Of a stretch of DNA of 64,000 nt, positions 25,151 through 40,984 are shown piece after piece. Both the position numbers and the translations under genes were made by a program. The notes below the pieces were generated by a model. It was not told the origin of the DNA. It saw only the letters and a program-made list of their open reading frames with translations, and searched no databases. Origin of the DNA: Mobula hypostoma. Its lineage: Eukaryota. The stretch lies in contig NC_086105.1 in NCBI RefSeq assembly GCF_963921235.1, positions 8,928,001-8,992,000 on the forward strand. Reading direction: 5' to 3'. Position 1 is the stretch's first letter; each line of letters begins with the position of its first letter.

Positions 25151-27023
25151 CACACAACTGAAAATAATGTCCCGAATCGTATTTAGTGCCCTAGCTGTTG
25201 AAGGTAAACACGCCACGTGCTCTCTTCACCACCATTTACCACTATTGCTGCTTTCAGTGTTCCATGTATATGTGCCCCTTTTTCAGATTTTCTTGCACAT
25301 CCCAAAGCTGGGCAGGTTGGGAGGTTAATTGGCCCTTGTAAATTGTCCAAGTGTGTAGCGACTGCGAGAAATGGGGGAATTGATTGGAATGTTTAGAAAA
25401 TAAAAAAGGCCTTGTGTAGGATTAATATTAAATAGGTGGTTCTTGCTGACAGGGTGGGCTGTATGACTATCGTTATTATGGCTTTAGTGTATCATTCTGT
25501 AATCTTTCCAGCTGATTAGTAAATTTGTTATGTGCCATGTCATATGATGTGGACGATCATAGTCTTTCCATGACCATGATTGTTCTTGGCAAATTTTTCT
25601 ATGGCAGTGGTTTGCCATTGCCTTCTGGGCAGAGTCTTTACAAGACGGGTGATCCCAGCCATAAACAATACTCTCCAGAGACTGTCTGCCTGGCATAAGC
25701 AGGACTTGTGATATGCGCCAGATGCTCATACGACCATCCACCACCTGCTTCCATGGCTTCATGTGACCCTGATCGGGGGGGCTAAGCAGATGCTACACCT
25801 GACCCAAGGGTGACCAGCAGGCTAGTGGAGAGAAGGAGGGCCTGACGCCTCCTTTGGTAAGGGCGCATCTCCGCCTCACCATCCCATTAGCAAATTGACA
25901 TGATGCTCACTTTAAAAGTTAATGGCTTTGAAGCAGTTTAAGCTATCCTGAAATTGTAAGAGTTACAACATTAATAGGTCCATCTGTATATCAATGTCCT
26001 ATTTTTCTTACAGTGTCTCCTATGATCTCACTAATGCCTGAGGAAACGAATGCTCAGTTTCTGTTGCCTCATCGGAGAAATTGAAGACTGAGGCAATTGC
26101 ATAAAATGGAACAAAATGTCCTTTCATTGTGTATGTCGAATTGTTTTTGCTCCGTTATTTTATAGACTTGCCCTACTTCATTAATGCTGCTTCTTTTCAA
26201 TAACTTAAGTGTATTGGAAAAGTAGTTCCTAATAGTTCATTCTTTCAAGTTCAAGTTCATTGTCTTTTAACTATTTACATGCATGCCTCCAAATGAGACA
26301 ATGTTTCTCCAGACCAGGGTGTGCAGCACAGTAGTACACATCACACACATATAACACACAATAACTTAGGAAAGTAAGAATTAAATTTACAAATGTATTA
26401 TGCATAGCTAATATAAAGTGCATAAATTAAATACTGTAGGGTACAGTACAAATTATCTGGTGACACTTTTGATATTAATCTTAAATATGACTTCAAAAAA
26501 TTCAGTAACCTATGACAATTTTTCTTTGCTATTTCCCCAGAGCAATGATTACAGCACATTTTCTTTAAACCTTCAAAATAAATGTATCTGGTGGGGCGGG
26601 GCGGGGGGGGCGGGGGCGGTCTCACACTGCAAATTCTGTCCAAGTCCTTTCAATACTAGGTAACTGACAATGCAGGTCTATTCTTGCAATGTACATCTGT
26701 GAAAATCAAATTTTCTGGAGGCCGAGGCAGTGAGGTAAAAGGATACAGGGAGATGTCACATATCTGTTTAGATGTTTCATATGACTGTATTTGACAGTGA
26801 TGTATGTCATTTAGGGAGAAAGAAAATTGAAATTGACATTTTCAGAAGAGCAGTTCGTTTGCAGTGATGGTGCATCAGTGGATCCTAACAGGATTTCTGT
26901 TTTCCAGTGTTACCTTGTTTTTAGCTATAACCTTTCTTGGTAATTATGGACCTGTCAAACTTCATCACGGAGATTTACTGCAGCACTCCCTTGATGAACA
27001 TAAACTTCTCAGCATGGGAATAA

Positions 27024-27206
<183 letters not shown>

Positions 27207-28079
27207 TAATGTTACTTTCAAAATGTGGCGATGAAAAGATTGTACATAAAGCAAAAACCTTTCAAACCTGAGATACTGTCTGTAACACTTTGAGTTAAGA
27301 AAATGAAGAGTTCATGGCCAGTAATATTAACAACCACCCACAGAATGCCAGCATGACTGACTGCATACTTCCAAAGTCTTCCATATCAAATTGCCAGCAG
27401 CTGCCGAACTTCTCTGTCCATGTTGGGAATAAGTTATCTTAAACTCTTCTTAAACATACACATTTCACTTTCTTCCATAATTACAGCTATTTGTAGAAAT
27501 TGCTAGACCAGTGTTTTTAAATCAGTGAAATGATAAAAATACAGGTCTGGCAAATAATAGAAAATGAAATGTGTGATCATTTTTACCTGGTCTCCCTTTC
27601 ATCAGTGGAAAAAGTCGGCAGTCTCCTCATTAGCCACTTCGGAACAGACCAAACTGTAGTGGAACTAGGACATTTAGCTCAATGACTGTCAAAGAAGATG
27701 ATTGCACCCAACTATATTCTTGGGTTAAATCTTAATCATTCACAACTTGCTTAATTTTTTTATAAAGATGAGAAAATCTGCAGATGTTGGAAATCTAAAA
27801 CAACACACACAAAATGCTAGAGGAACTCAGCAGGTCAGGCAGCTTCTATGGAAAGGAGTAAACAGTGGACGTTTTGGGCTGAGACCCTTCATCAGGACTG
27901 AGAGAGAAGTGGGGGGAGATGCCTGAATAAAAAGGTGGGTGGGGTGAGGAGAAAGAGGCTAGTTGGAAGGCGATAGGTGAAGCAAGGTGGGTGGGAAAAG
28001 TCAAAGGCTGGAGAGAATGTGTGAGAGAGAGAGAGAGAAACTATATCAATGATGATTCAGGAGAGATCTCAGTGCTCTT

Positions 28080-29010
28080 AGCACATAGAGTAGTATTGCA
28101 CAGGAACAGGCCCTCTGGCCCACAATGTTATGCAAACTAATTAAATTGGTAATCAAATGCTGAACTAAACTTAACCCTTCTGCCCACAAAATGTCCATAC
28201 CCTTCCATCTCTTGCACATTTATGTGCCTGCCTACAAGACTTTTGAATGCCCTTATGGTGGGGCATTCAAATGCCCCTACCACCACACCACACATCTCCT
28301 TTGAACTTGCACCATCTCACCTTAAAGCGTTAAGACCATACAACATCGGAGCAGAATTAGGCCATTCAAGTCCACTCTACCATTTCATCACGGCCGATCC
28401 AGATCCCATTCAACCCCATACACCTGCCCTCTCACCATATCCCTTGATGCCCTGACCAATCAGGATTCTATCAACTTCCGCTCTCTGGTATTAGACATTT
28501 GAAACCTGGGGAAAAGATACTGGCTGTCTTCTCAGTCTATGCTTCCCTCTTATAAACTTTTATCAGGTCTCCCCTCGGCCTTAGCCGCTGCAGAGAAAAC
28601 AGCACGAGTTTGTGTAGCCTCTCCACAGAGGACATGCCCTCTAATCCAGGCAACATCCTGGTCAATCACTTCTGCACCCTTTTCAAAATCTCAACATCCT
28701 TCCCATAACGGGGCAACCAGAACCGAACGCAATACTCCAGATGAGCTTTATGAAGCTGCAACCTAACTTCTCAGCTCTCGAACTCAGTACCTCGACTATT
28801 AAAGCCAAATGTGCCATGATCCTTCTTTAGCACCCTATCCATCTTGGTAGCCATTATCCGAGAGCTACAAACTTGGACCCCAAGATCCTTTTGCTCATCG
28901 ATACTTTTAGGGTCTTGCCATTATCAGTGAACCGCCCCTTTACATTTGATCTCTTAAAGGAAACACTTTGTATTTGGCCAGGTGAAACTCTCCCTGCCAT
29001 TTCCCTGCCC
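28080..29010 (-). mobile_element. Decayed CR1-type LINE fragments
   Basis: Reverse complement of CR1 3' ORF/tail sequence, with a nested second CR1 tail. Confidence 0.65.
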
Positions 29011-29109
29011 ACATATGCAATTAATCTTACCTTGCTGTTTCCTTTTCCAGTCTGCTATTGCTGTCCACAACACTTGTATAACTAAATTGCTTGTGTATCT
29101 TACATAACT

Positions 29110-29420
29110 GTGGGCACGTGGCCAAGCGGTTAAGGCATTGGACTAGCAACCTGAAGGTTGTGAGTTTGAGCCCCAGCCGAGGCAGCGTGTTGTGTCCTTG
29201 AGCAAGGCACTTAATCACACATTGCTCTGCAATGACACTGGTGCCAAGCTGTATGGGTCCTAATGCCCTTCCCTTGGACAACATCAGTCTCGTGGAGAGG
29301 GGAGACTTGCAGCATGGGCAACTGCCTGTCTTCCATACCACCTTGCCCTGGCCTGCGCCCTGGAGAGTGAAGACTTTCCAGGCGCAGATCCATGGTCTCA
29401 CAAGACTAACAGATGCCTTT
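29110..29420 (+). mobile_element. tRNA-headed SINE
   Basis: Starts with tRNA-like A/B-box sequence GGGCACGTGGCCAAGCGGTTAAGGC...GAGTTTGAGCCCC, followed by a non-tRNA body. Confidence 0.6.
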
Positions 29421-29437
29421 TTTTTTATCTTGCATAA

Positions 29438-29773
<336 letters not shown>

Positions 29774-32397
29774 TAAACCAAATATTTGAAAGAATATAAA
29801 TTTGTGAAAGCCGAAAGAAAGAAAAAAATGATCCGTAGTGCCCTACCTGAACTGTAATTTTTGCAGAAATACAGACTCTGCAATATTAGGCCTTTTATCA
29901 CAATATTTTGACATGAGCAATCAGTGCCTCATATAGGCAATTCCTTCTAACTAACCCAGTCACTTTTGACCTCCGTCTCATGTACATGGGCCCCTCCTCA
30001 GTTTTCCTCCTGCATACAGAAGCACCTCGTCCTCCTGTACATTCAGGTGTACTTTCTCACTCTTCAAGTATGCAGTCACACTCATCGTGCCCTTTTTTGA
30101 GCATAACCTTATCATGTAATCTCCTGTTGTCAATCCACCCCTTCCTAGCTAACCACTGGTAATCGCAACCTTCACCTCACCCACAGAGAACATGCAAGCA
30201 CCCCTTTCCGAACAACACCCACCAGTTAGGTCCCCCAATCCTGTGAGTGAGCCACTTCTGGAACCCACCTCCGAGTGCCCACCCTTTCCCAGGGCCGGGG
30301 AGGTTCTGCTGCTTCTGAGAACATACGTTTGCGTGGCTCCCTTCCCCTTGCCAGGCCCACTACCTTCCCACATACTAGTTCCCTGTCATGACCCACGTCT
30401 GCATGTGTGAGCCCTAGCACCCCCAAACCTGCAATATGCATCCCTTCCCTTATTCTGCCAAATGCCACCCAACGCATCCCTTCCCTTCTGGCTATACCTG
30501 CCTGCCCACCCATGTAGTCCTTCTGAGACAGCATGCCTGCCCCTGTCACTTGCCAGTCTTCTGTCCCCATATACCAACATCTCCTTATAACACACACAAA
30601 ATGCTGGAGGAAGTCTGCAGGCCAGGCACCATTTATGGAAAAAAGTGAACAGTTGATATTTCAAGCTGAGGCCCTTCATCAGACTCGCTCTACACCTGTG
30701 GTATTCCTTCCTGGAACTAATGTGAGTGGCAGACTCCTACCCGTCTGTCTCCAGATCACATGCCGTCCCGGGACAGCCACCAACATGTTCTCAGCCTTTC
30801 CTGCCTCTACTTACACACCCTAAGCAAGTGGCAGCCCATCCCTTCCCAGCAACCTGCCCACACACCACCAGTACAAGAACCTACTTGCCCGTCCCCTTTC
30901 GAGACCGCGCTTCTGATGTCCTTGCCCGCCCCCTTCTCCGATCCCGTGTCTGCATGCCACTCATCCAGTACCCCCATCTACGTTTACACCAGCTACAAGG
31001 CCCCATTTCTTACTCCCCTACTTTCATATTGCACCCTCACTCTGACTTGCTCAATTTTACTGGTGTTTTCAGTTTTATTTCATATAGTTGTGTAAGATTT
31101 CATTCAAAATTAACAGTCTCAAAATGCTGGAGGAATTCAACACTCTATGCATGCAACAACCGGTTTCCTGTCAGCCCTCCATTAAAAGCCACCAGTTAAC
31201 AGGAAGGAAATGGAGCAGCAGTATAAAAGGCAAACAGATTAAAAATTAAAGTATTAACAATGTGGGATTTCAATTATCCCATCTATGGGAATCAATGGGG
31301 CAGCGAAATTTTAATGTAAATTTTTTTTTAAAATCATACACTGTGCTCAGTTTCATTCAAAATTAACACACACAAAATATCGGAGGAACTCAGCAGACCA
31401 GGCAGCATCTGTGGAAATTAATAATAAATAAATATTTCAGGCCAAGAATCCTGAAAAAGGGTCTCGGCCAGAAATGGCGACTTTTTTTTCTATCGATGCT
31501 GCTGAGTTCCTCCTCCAGCATTTTGTGTGTGGTGCTCTGGATTTCCAGCATCTGCAGACTTCCTCGTGGTTCTGTTGAATATTATATTGGATATGAGTTC
31601 ATTTTTGTATGTTAGTGATACAAAAAATTTAAAAAGCACATCCCGATTTTAATATATTTACACTATTTTCTCTAAATATAAGCCTCTTTTGATATCCAAT
31701 TATTTTGCTTAATGTGCATTACAAAATAGGTTTGTAAGACGAATCAATTATACAGCCTTATTTCGCAAGCACAAGAAGTCCTTCATGAATTTGAAACAGT
31801 CAAGAATTGTGGATTTGTAAAAATTTCAGTAAAGGATATTCAGTGTGTTGTGTCATGGACAGATATGATAGTTTACTAACTGTAGTGACTTTTCCCCCCT
31901 CAACTTGAATTTTACTGTTTACTTACTTTAATAATTGTCCAACTTTTATTTGTTTTATAAAATATACCTCCTTCATTGCTTTGAAAATAAACTATAAGTT
32001 TTACTACACTTTACATCATTTTTTTCTAGTTGTAATTTGGTAGGCTTCTAGTTGGAATTATCTGTAAGAATATGACCTAAAGAATGGAGACAAAGCTGAA
32101 ATCTGGAATAATAACTCCTTGAGCCTGTTCATCCACTCAGCAAGTTAATACTTGCTGCTTGTCATGTGATCAGGTGTATCAATTTCAATCTGGAACAGAA
32201 TGACTCAACATTTCTTACTCAGCAACTCTCTGGAATAGAGAAAATCCAGTTGCCACAGCATACCCTACCAAGTTAATTTCAGTTATTTCACAATATTTAT
32301 ATGTAAGTAAAATTGCTAATGTTAATGTCCAAGGAAAGGAAATGAAAAATTCTTAGTTTCTTAAAAATACTTAATAAAATTAGTTACTCTCTTTCAG

Positions 32398-32607
32398 GTA
32401 CTAATGGAGGAGTGACTCTTGTGGGTCTTGTCGCAAGTTTGCTTGGTGGAACTGTTGTTGGATTGGCCTATCTGCTAACCCAGTTGATGTTTGTGGACGA
32501 TCTGGATAGCTCACCACCCCAGTGGCCAGTTGTTTTGTATGGTGCTGTGGCAGGTTTCTTCGGTTCCATTTTGGATTCCTGCCTAGGTGCTACAATGCAG
32601 TATTCAG
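32398..32607 (+). CDS. TMEM19: TMEM19 coding exon 5 (210 nt)
   Basis: GTNGGVTLVGLVASLLGG...GSILDSCLGATMQYS, with AG/GT boundaries. Confidence 0.95.
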
Positions 32608-33607
32608 GTTTGTGCTTGAATTCTGAAATAATTAAACGTCATTTTATTTCTTCCCCCCCCCATGGGGAAAATGGAGAAATCATTCTTGTGTGCAATGTGC
32701 CTACTGCCTGTTATGCCACTGGTGTTAGGACGGTGATGAAGGTCCTCCATCTCTGGCGATGTTTCTTCCTCTTGTCAGTAGCTTCCTCTCGGTTTTCAGT
32801 ACTGTCAGTCACGCAAGTCCCAGCTGGAGACTCAGGAATGCCGTTACATAGAATAGTATAGCACAGTACTCAGTACACTCAGATGCAGAAACATTCTTCA
32901 TGGCTGTGTCCATAACAGTTTTGTTTACCAGTCAGGGTTGTTCACCTTGAGCTGAACCCCCGAACCTGGGGGTCCAGTGAACCTCTCGTTTGCAAAGGCA
33001 GATTAACAAGAGTTTAGAGTTGATCGATAAATGATGCTATTGATAAAGTGGAAGCTCAATTCTTTAGTGACGGCACTATTCACTATTTGGGAGAAATTTA
33101 CACCAATTAACTTGTCTTTTACCATTACATGCACATTAATAAACTGTAGCTGTGAGACAAGGAATCATTCTATTGAGACTGATGAAACCTTCCAACCAGT
33201 GCTGTGAATTCATAGCACACCTACATCAATACATTAATCATCTTCTTGGGCCCCGCCCCTAGCTCCCAGTGGAGCATAGGCCATCAATAGCCTTCTGTCT
33301 CCATCATCTAAAGTAGATGGTATAGTTGGAGTTTATCAATGTTTCTGTAATTCATTGCATCCACTCACTGTACAAGGGATTGGCCTCTACAGCTTCACCA
33401 GAGCCCTGTTGGCTGGCCTTATCCATTTCCACCTCTCACAACAGGGATGTGGCATTGGACTTTGAGAGGCTTAAATGCAGTCAGATCTACCACAAATTCA
33501 TACTTAAATTTTCAAATTGTTGAAATTTAATGTATATATTTTGATACTTTGATAGAAGTAAAGGTTAAATACTAAATAGAAACACAGCTTATTTGTCATC
33601 ATCATAG

Positions 33608-33901
<294 letters not shown>

Positions 33902-36531
33902 AAAGGTAGACTTTGAGCATCTATTCATATATAACAGTACAGGCAAACCAAAATAGAAGCGAAGATTCAAATGAACTTGCACTGATAGATTTCCAAGTGT
34001 TCAACTTTGTTGAATTAAATTCTTGGGACCTTAACTTGAAGGTTTAGTTATTGCAGGTTTGGACAAATAAATTGTGATTTCTCCACTCAAGAATTTTATA
34101 TGCATCACTTCCCAGTGAATTATGATCATTAGCTCCCTATCTATGACCTTATAGAGGTTTAAAATAGGTTGGATGGTTAGTCTATTTGCAGGATATGAAG
34201 GTCTGAAAACTGGAGGGCGGAGGTTGAGGATGAGAGGGGAGAAATTTAATGGAGGTCTGTGCGGCAAGTTCTTCGCACAGAAGGCATGAAGATATAAAAC
34301 AAGCTGCCAATCGAGATGGCAGAACAGATACACTTACAATGTTCAGAAGGTATTTGGAATGGTACTGGGATATGAAAAGAGTAGAGGGATATAGGTAAAT
34401 GAGATTTATTGAGATGGATGTCATGGTTGGCATGGATAAGTGAGACCAAAGGGTCCATTTCTTTGCTGTACAGTCTATAACTTATTGGACTCTTTTTATT
34501 ATTTGCGATGGATCATTCTAGAAGATGTGCAGATGGGTCAGCAGGTTCTTTGACCACATGGGTGTAATTGGGCAGCATCAGCTTGTTGGCTGGAAGAGCC
34601 TGTTACCATGCTGAATCTCTAAATAAATAAGATCACTGTATTTCCATGAATTACAAAAGCATGGACACCACTAAGGTCCTTTGGTAGAAGAATTGACACG
34701 TATTAACATGAGTGGCCTCCTGTTTCTAACTCAATTAAGGAAGCTTTAAGTATGCTTTGGTAAAGGCAGTGGGAGAGAGGTGCCTTATTGAGATTATCTT
34801 TCCAGTTTAATAATCTTTGTCGCTTGAAGGAGCTCCGAAATCCCACATGCCCAACTTGTACGCATCATAAATTGCCACTGCTCCTTCGCTTTTGGAACCA
34901 AGCTGGTGTCTGAAGCCAGGGAGACATGGACATTTTTTTTTTGTGTTTTACACCTGTCATCAACAGAGTAATTAAGCCCCATCCTAATTAGGAAATTGGT
35001 ATATGGACCTGTTTCCTGGGAAGCTGCAGGCAGAAGTTCCCTTCACACACAGAGGGCCTAGAGGAATGCACAATGGTCATCAACACTGCTGGTGACAGGC
35101 CTCATGGGTACATGGATCTTCAGTCTGCACGTCAATGGAGAATGAGGAATGAGTATGCATTTTGTAACATGTATATTAATCCTTCAGAAAATGCATTTGT
35201 TAAAGCAAAAATATTTGCATTTTGTAACAATTTAATTTTATCATATTATTTTGTTTTGACAGAATATTTTGGTCAATTAGCCCATTCTGTTAACTTCCTT
35301 ACATTGATTCTGAAAGTAATTAAATTGCATATCCCAATGCAAATATATCTAATCTTTTTACAAAGAGTCTGTTCAACTAGCCTTGCCATTACTTATTTCA
35401 GATTCTAATACTCTGTCACTAAAACAAATGCCATCTGAACTTCATTACTTTGTACTGTGTCATCTGGTGCATGAATATATTGCTTAATCAAGGATTTTCA
35501 TAGATAGAAAGTCCTCACTACTGAGTCAATTTACGTAAATTGTATGTTTTAGTGACAATATTTAAATATTAATTTATTTTAAGCATAACTTTGTAGGTTC
35601 CACCCATATCCCAAATGTGTGATTTGAGGTCATTTGTTCCTTGAGTTGCTGGCTTCCAAAAGAACCAGCAGAAGTTGGTGAACACGGGCGAAATGAACAA
35701 AGTAATGAGATGGATAGCAATACTCTGAAAATTGGCATAGATTTGAATGGGTGATTGACTTCAGGTCATGAGAAAATATGACTATGATGGATACAAAAAT
35801 TGTGTAACAGATATAAATTAAATATTTTATTTGTAATCAAGTCCACAATTCTGTGAAAATATCAGGGGCCACAAAGTATTATTTAATATTTTTGTACAAG
35901 TTGACTTCATATGAATCACAAATAATGCTTGTGAAATTTGCAGTGTGTTAACATTTAAATGCTAACATCACCACTGGTGGATTAATCCTAAATGTTAATT
36001 AAAATAGAAATCAGTATCAGATTTATTGTTACTGACAGATGTCATGAACTTTGTTGTTTTCCAGCAGCAGTACAGTATGATACATAAAAAATTACTGTTA
36101 AAAATAAATAAGTCATCATCATCATTATGTGCTGTGTGGTATGACGTAGACAATCAGGGCCTTTTGACCATGATTATGCTTGGCAAATTTTTCTACAGAA
36201 GTGGTTTACTATTGCCTACTTCTGGGCAGTGTCTTTGCAAGATGGGTGACCCCAACCATTATCAATATAATCAAAGATTGTCAGCTTGGCATCAGTGGTC
36301 ACATAACCAGGACTGGTGATGTGCCCCAGCTGCTGATACAAGCATTCACCCACCTTTGGTGACATAATAAAATCTCAAATCCTGAATAAAGTAGAGCCAC
36401 AGTCATGCCTTCTTTGTGCTTGCATCACTGCTTTGGGTCTGAGATATAGCCTCTGAAATGTTGACACTCAGGAATTTGAAGCTGCTCACTCCTTCCACTG
36501 CTGACCCCTCAATGAGGACTGGTGTGTGTTC

Positions 36532-36608
36532 CCACAATATCCCCTTTTTGACCTCCACAATATCCCCCTTTTTGACCTCCACAATATCCCCTTTTTGACC
36601 TCCACAAT
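36532..36608. repeat. 24-bp tandem repeat x3 within a Rex1-like fragment
   Basis: Unit CCACAATATCCCCCTTTTTGACCT. Confidence 0.85.
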
Positions 36609-39600
36609 CAACTCCTTACTCTTGCTAATGTTGAGTACAAGGTTGTCATTATGACACCAATCACACTCCTGTATGCCTCCTTGTTGCCATCTGAGATTCT
36701 GCCAATGACAGCGGTGTCACCTGTAAATTCACAGATGGTGTTTGAGCTGTGTCTAGCCACACAGTCATGAGAGTTGAGAGAGTAAAGCAGTGGGCTAAGC
36801 ATATATCCTTGAGGTGTGCCTGTGTTAACTGTCAGTAACGGTGAATGTTTTTACCAATCTGAATCCACTGTGATCTCCAATAAAGAAGTCGAGGATCCAG
36901 TTGCAGAGACCCAGGATTTGAAGCTTGTTGATTTGTACCGAGGGGATATGGCAGCATATACTACACTGAGATTTTTTTTGCAGGCATTCACAGTAAAACA
37001 AAGAAATACAATAAAACCCACACACAAAGACTGATAAACAACCAATGTGCAAATAGAAAATAGAAACATATATTTAACAATAAATAAATAATACTGAGAA
37101 CGTGAATTGTAGAATCCTTGAAAATGAATCAATAGATTGTGGGATCAATTCATTGTTGAGGTGAGTGAAGTTATCCACACTGGTTCAGGAGCCTGATGGG
37201 CAAAGAGTAAAAACTGTTCCAGAATAGCTGTTTTACTGTTGTCTGGGTGCTCCAAAGCCAAATGGAGAGCCAGTAAGATTTTGGATCCACCTGTTGTGAC
37301 GAACAAATTGCAGTGGGTTCAGGCAGCAGTGAGTTCTCGCCATGACTAACCTCTCCGAGCACTCATCGCACCAGATGTGACTGCGATCAGGTGATAGCGA
37401 TAGAGGCCGCTCACATGGCTCTGTGGCACCGGTATGATTACTGCCCTTCAGAAGCAGGTAGGATCCTCCAAGTGCAAGCTGTGAGCTTAAAGATGTCTTT
37501 GAACACTCCAACCAGTTTGGAGATTTTCAGTACCCTGTCAGCCCCTTGTGAGGGTTCACCCTCTTCAAGGATATTTTGACATCTATCTCTGAGACAGAGA
37601 TCACACGTTGCCAGATGCATTATTCAGGCATAATGTTATTCTCCCACTCAAAATGTGCATAACAGGCATTGAAAAGCCTCTTTGCCAATTAGACTGTCAG
37701 TTTTTGCTGTTTAGGAGGCGATGGCATAAAAACCCTGCCACTGCTGTCGTGCATCTGTTGAGTTTCTAATTCCACATAGAATTGCCGTTTTTTTTTTAGA
37801 TTAGATTATGAGAACACTCAGTCCTCGCTTATTGTCATTTAGAAATGCATGCATTTCTCAAACGGTGGCCTTCATAGGTGGTACTTGAACTTGTAGGGAT
37901 CTGAATTGCCAGTCTTGGATGTCCCACATCTATCCCTCAGCACACTACAAATTTCCTGATTCGCCCAGGGCTTCTGCTTTGGGGAAACTCAGTATGTTCT
38001 CAAGGCACACACTCATTCATGCAGGTCTTGAAGTCGGTGATGGCCGTGGTGTGTTCAAAGTAAATCTATTATCAAAGTACCTATATACAACCCTGAGATT
38101 CATTTTCTTGTGAGCATACTCAATAAATCCATAACAGAAGAAGAACCATAATAAGATTAATGAAAGACCACACTAATATGGGCTTTCAACAAGTGTGCAA
38201 TTGACAACAAACTGGGCACATACAAAAGGAAAGAAATAGTAATAATAAATAATCAAGAACATGAGATGAAGAGTCCTTGAAAATTAGTCCATAGGTTGTG
38301 GGAACAGTTCAATGGTGGGGAAAGTGAAGTTGAATGAAGTTACACACACAAAATGCTGGAGGAACTCAGCAGGCCAGGCAGCATCGATGGAAATAAGTGC
38401 AGTTGACGTTTCTGGGCAAAACCCTTTAGCAGTTCTCTGTTTGAGTGAAGTTACCCTCTTTTGTTCAAGGTCATTGAGATCTGAAGATGTATCCCTGAAT
38501 ATGGCCCAGTCCACCGTTTTGTAAGCACTCCTCTGCCTCCCCTGACCATACCTATGAGGTCCTCATCGCTGGTGCTGCAGTCCTCTGTTTCTGCCAAATG
38601 CCAGAAGTACACGCTGAATCATCAAGATCCTAAAACTTAACTAATCAGCCTAGCAAATAAATACCAAAAAAAAACTAAAATGGCTAGACCACATGTGGAA
38701 CATGGCCTGTAGTTTAAGTAACATTCATATCTGACCTAGCAGAAACTGCACTTGTGATTGCCAACCACCTTATTTCCATATCCCACTCCGATCGCTGGCC
38801 TCCTGCATTATTACAATGAAACCCAATACAAGCTCAAATTTTGTCTGGATGTGTTACAACCTGCAGGGCTCCAAATCAAATTCTCCTACCTTAATGAATT
38901 CTGTCGTTGTTTCAGAAATGACTGTTTCTGCCTGCCACCTCTCCCTTTCTGTTTCATTAGTTTTGTTTGGCCTTCTGGGCATGTTGCAGTTAAGAGGCTA
39001 TACAATATTGCCCAGATTTTAAGACCATTTCACAATATACAACATTTTACAATATTAACAACAGATTACATAGACAAGGGAGCTTAACTGTCCTTTAACC
39101 CTATTAGAAAAAAAATCACTTTGTTCCACCCCCTGCCCCCTCTCCCTCCCCATCCTCTCTACTACCTGGATTAATTTATTTCCTCAAGAAACACACACAC
39201 ACACAATGCTGGGTCTTAGCCCAAAATGTTGACTGTTTATTCCCCTCCATAGATGCTGCCTGACTTGTTGAGTTCATCCAGCATTTTGTGTATGTTAACT
39301 GAAGATTTCAAGCATCGGCAGAATATTCTGTATTTAAACAGTAATTTGTTTTCTCTTTGTGTCGATATATGGTCTCAGCTGAAATATAAACACTTCTTCC
39401 CCCCCACCCCCTTCTTTATTTCCATTCCCCATTATGGCTCCCCTCTTCTCATCATCTCACCATCAACTCCTTCTGGTGCCCCCCCATTCTTCTTCAGTGG
39501 TTTATCTCTTCGACCTATCATCTTCCAGCTTCTGACTTCATCCTCCCCTTCCCCACCTACCTTCTCCCTCACCAGCTATCATCTCCCACCTTCTTATTCT

Positions 39601-40984
39601 GGTTTCTTCCCCCTTCCTTTCCAGACCTGATAAAGGGTCTCAGCCTGAAACTGAGTGGGAGGAAACCAGAGCACCTGGAGGAAACCCACGTGGTCTCGGG
39701 AAGAACGTGCAAAGTCCGTACAGGCTGCAGCAGGAATTGAACCCGGGTCAGTGGTACTGTAAAGCAATGTGCTAACCACTACGCTATCATGCCACTCCAT
39801 ATATTATATTCCCCTCAGTAGATGTTGTCCTGCTTGCTGAATTCCTCCAGCATTTTGTGTGTATTACTCAAGACTCCAGTATTTGCAGAATCTCTTACGT
39901 TTATAGTTGAGATATTTGCATCATTGTTAGCAGTGGGTGATGTGCCAGAAGACTGGAGGACAGCGAACCGTGTACCTAATCTGCAAAGTCCCCCATTCTA
40001 TTACGCTCCCCAGTTTATTGTGAAAATGCTACCTTGATTTGACTTTCCAAAATGCAAAACCTCGCGTTTATCTGAATTAAATTCAATTAACAATTCCTCA
40101 GTTAATTTACACAGCTGATCAAAATCCCACTCTAATTTTCCATAACCTGTCTTGGACACCATCTATTTTAATGCCATCTACAAATTTACTAATCATGCCT
40201 GTTGTCCCATCCATGAAAAGATTCAATGGGCCCAGCAACAACCCTTGGGATACACCACTAGTCTCAAGCTTCCAGTCCAAGAAACAACCATCTTCCCACA
40301 ATCAAGCCAATTGTGTACCCAGCGCTTCGTCAAATTATACTGTTAATTCTGCTGTAGGGTTCTTGACAGGAAACGTTATTACCCTCTGCACAGATGCTGC
40401 TCAACCTGATATGGGGGGGGGGGCACTGTACGGGAGCAGAAAAAGCTGCATAAAATTGTAAAAGTCATCAAGTTGTGTATGTGACTGAAGTTGTAATCTC
40501 GGCCAGCTCCATCTTGGGCACTAGCCTGCTCAGTATCCAGATAACCTCAGAAGGTGGCATCCATCATTAAGGACCCCCATCACCCAGGACTTGCCCTCTT
40601 CTCATTGCTACCACCAGGAAAGAGGTCGACGGCACACACTCTGTGATTCAGGAACAGCTTCTTCCCCTCTGCCTGAATGGGCATTGAGCCCACCAACACT
40701 TCCCTCAGTATTTCCCCTCTCTTTCTGCGCTACTTATTTAATTTTTATATATGCCCTTTGTATTATATTATTACGTATTGCATTGTACTGCTGCCGCAAA
40801 AACAACATATTTCACGACAAACAACAGGAATTTCACGACATGTGCCGGTGATGTTAAGCCTAATTCTGATTCTGTGTTTCCAGCATTTTCTAGTTTTATT
40901 TCCACCATCCCCACACACCATCAGTCATGCTGCCTTACATTTGTATGCTGTGAGTTAACAAAGTCCGGAATATGAGGGTGGGAG

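Noticed and set aside
29110-29185. tRNA-like sequence
   Set aside because: The cloverleaf is degenerate and continues into a repeat body, so it is a SINE head rather than a tRNA gene.
29950-31199. Cluster of Pro/His/Ser-rich ORFs in TMEM19 intron 4
   Set aside because: C-rich low-complexity sequence interrupted by a Penelope fragment, with no splice or domain support.
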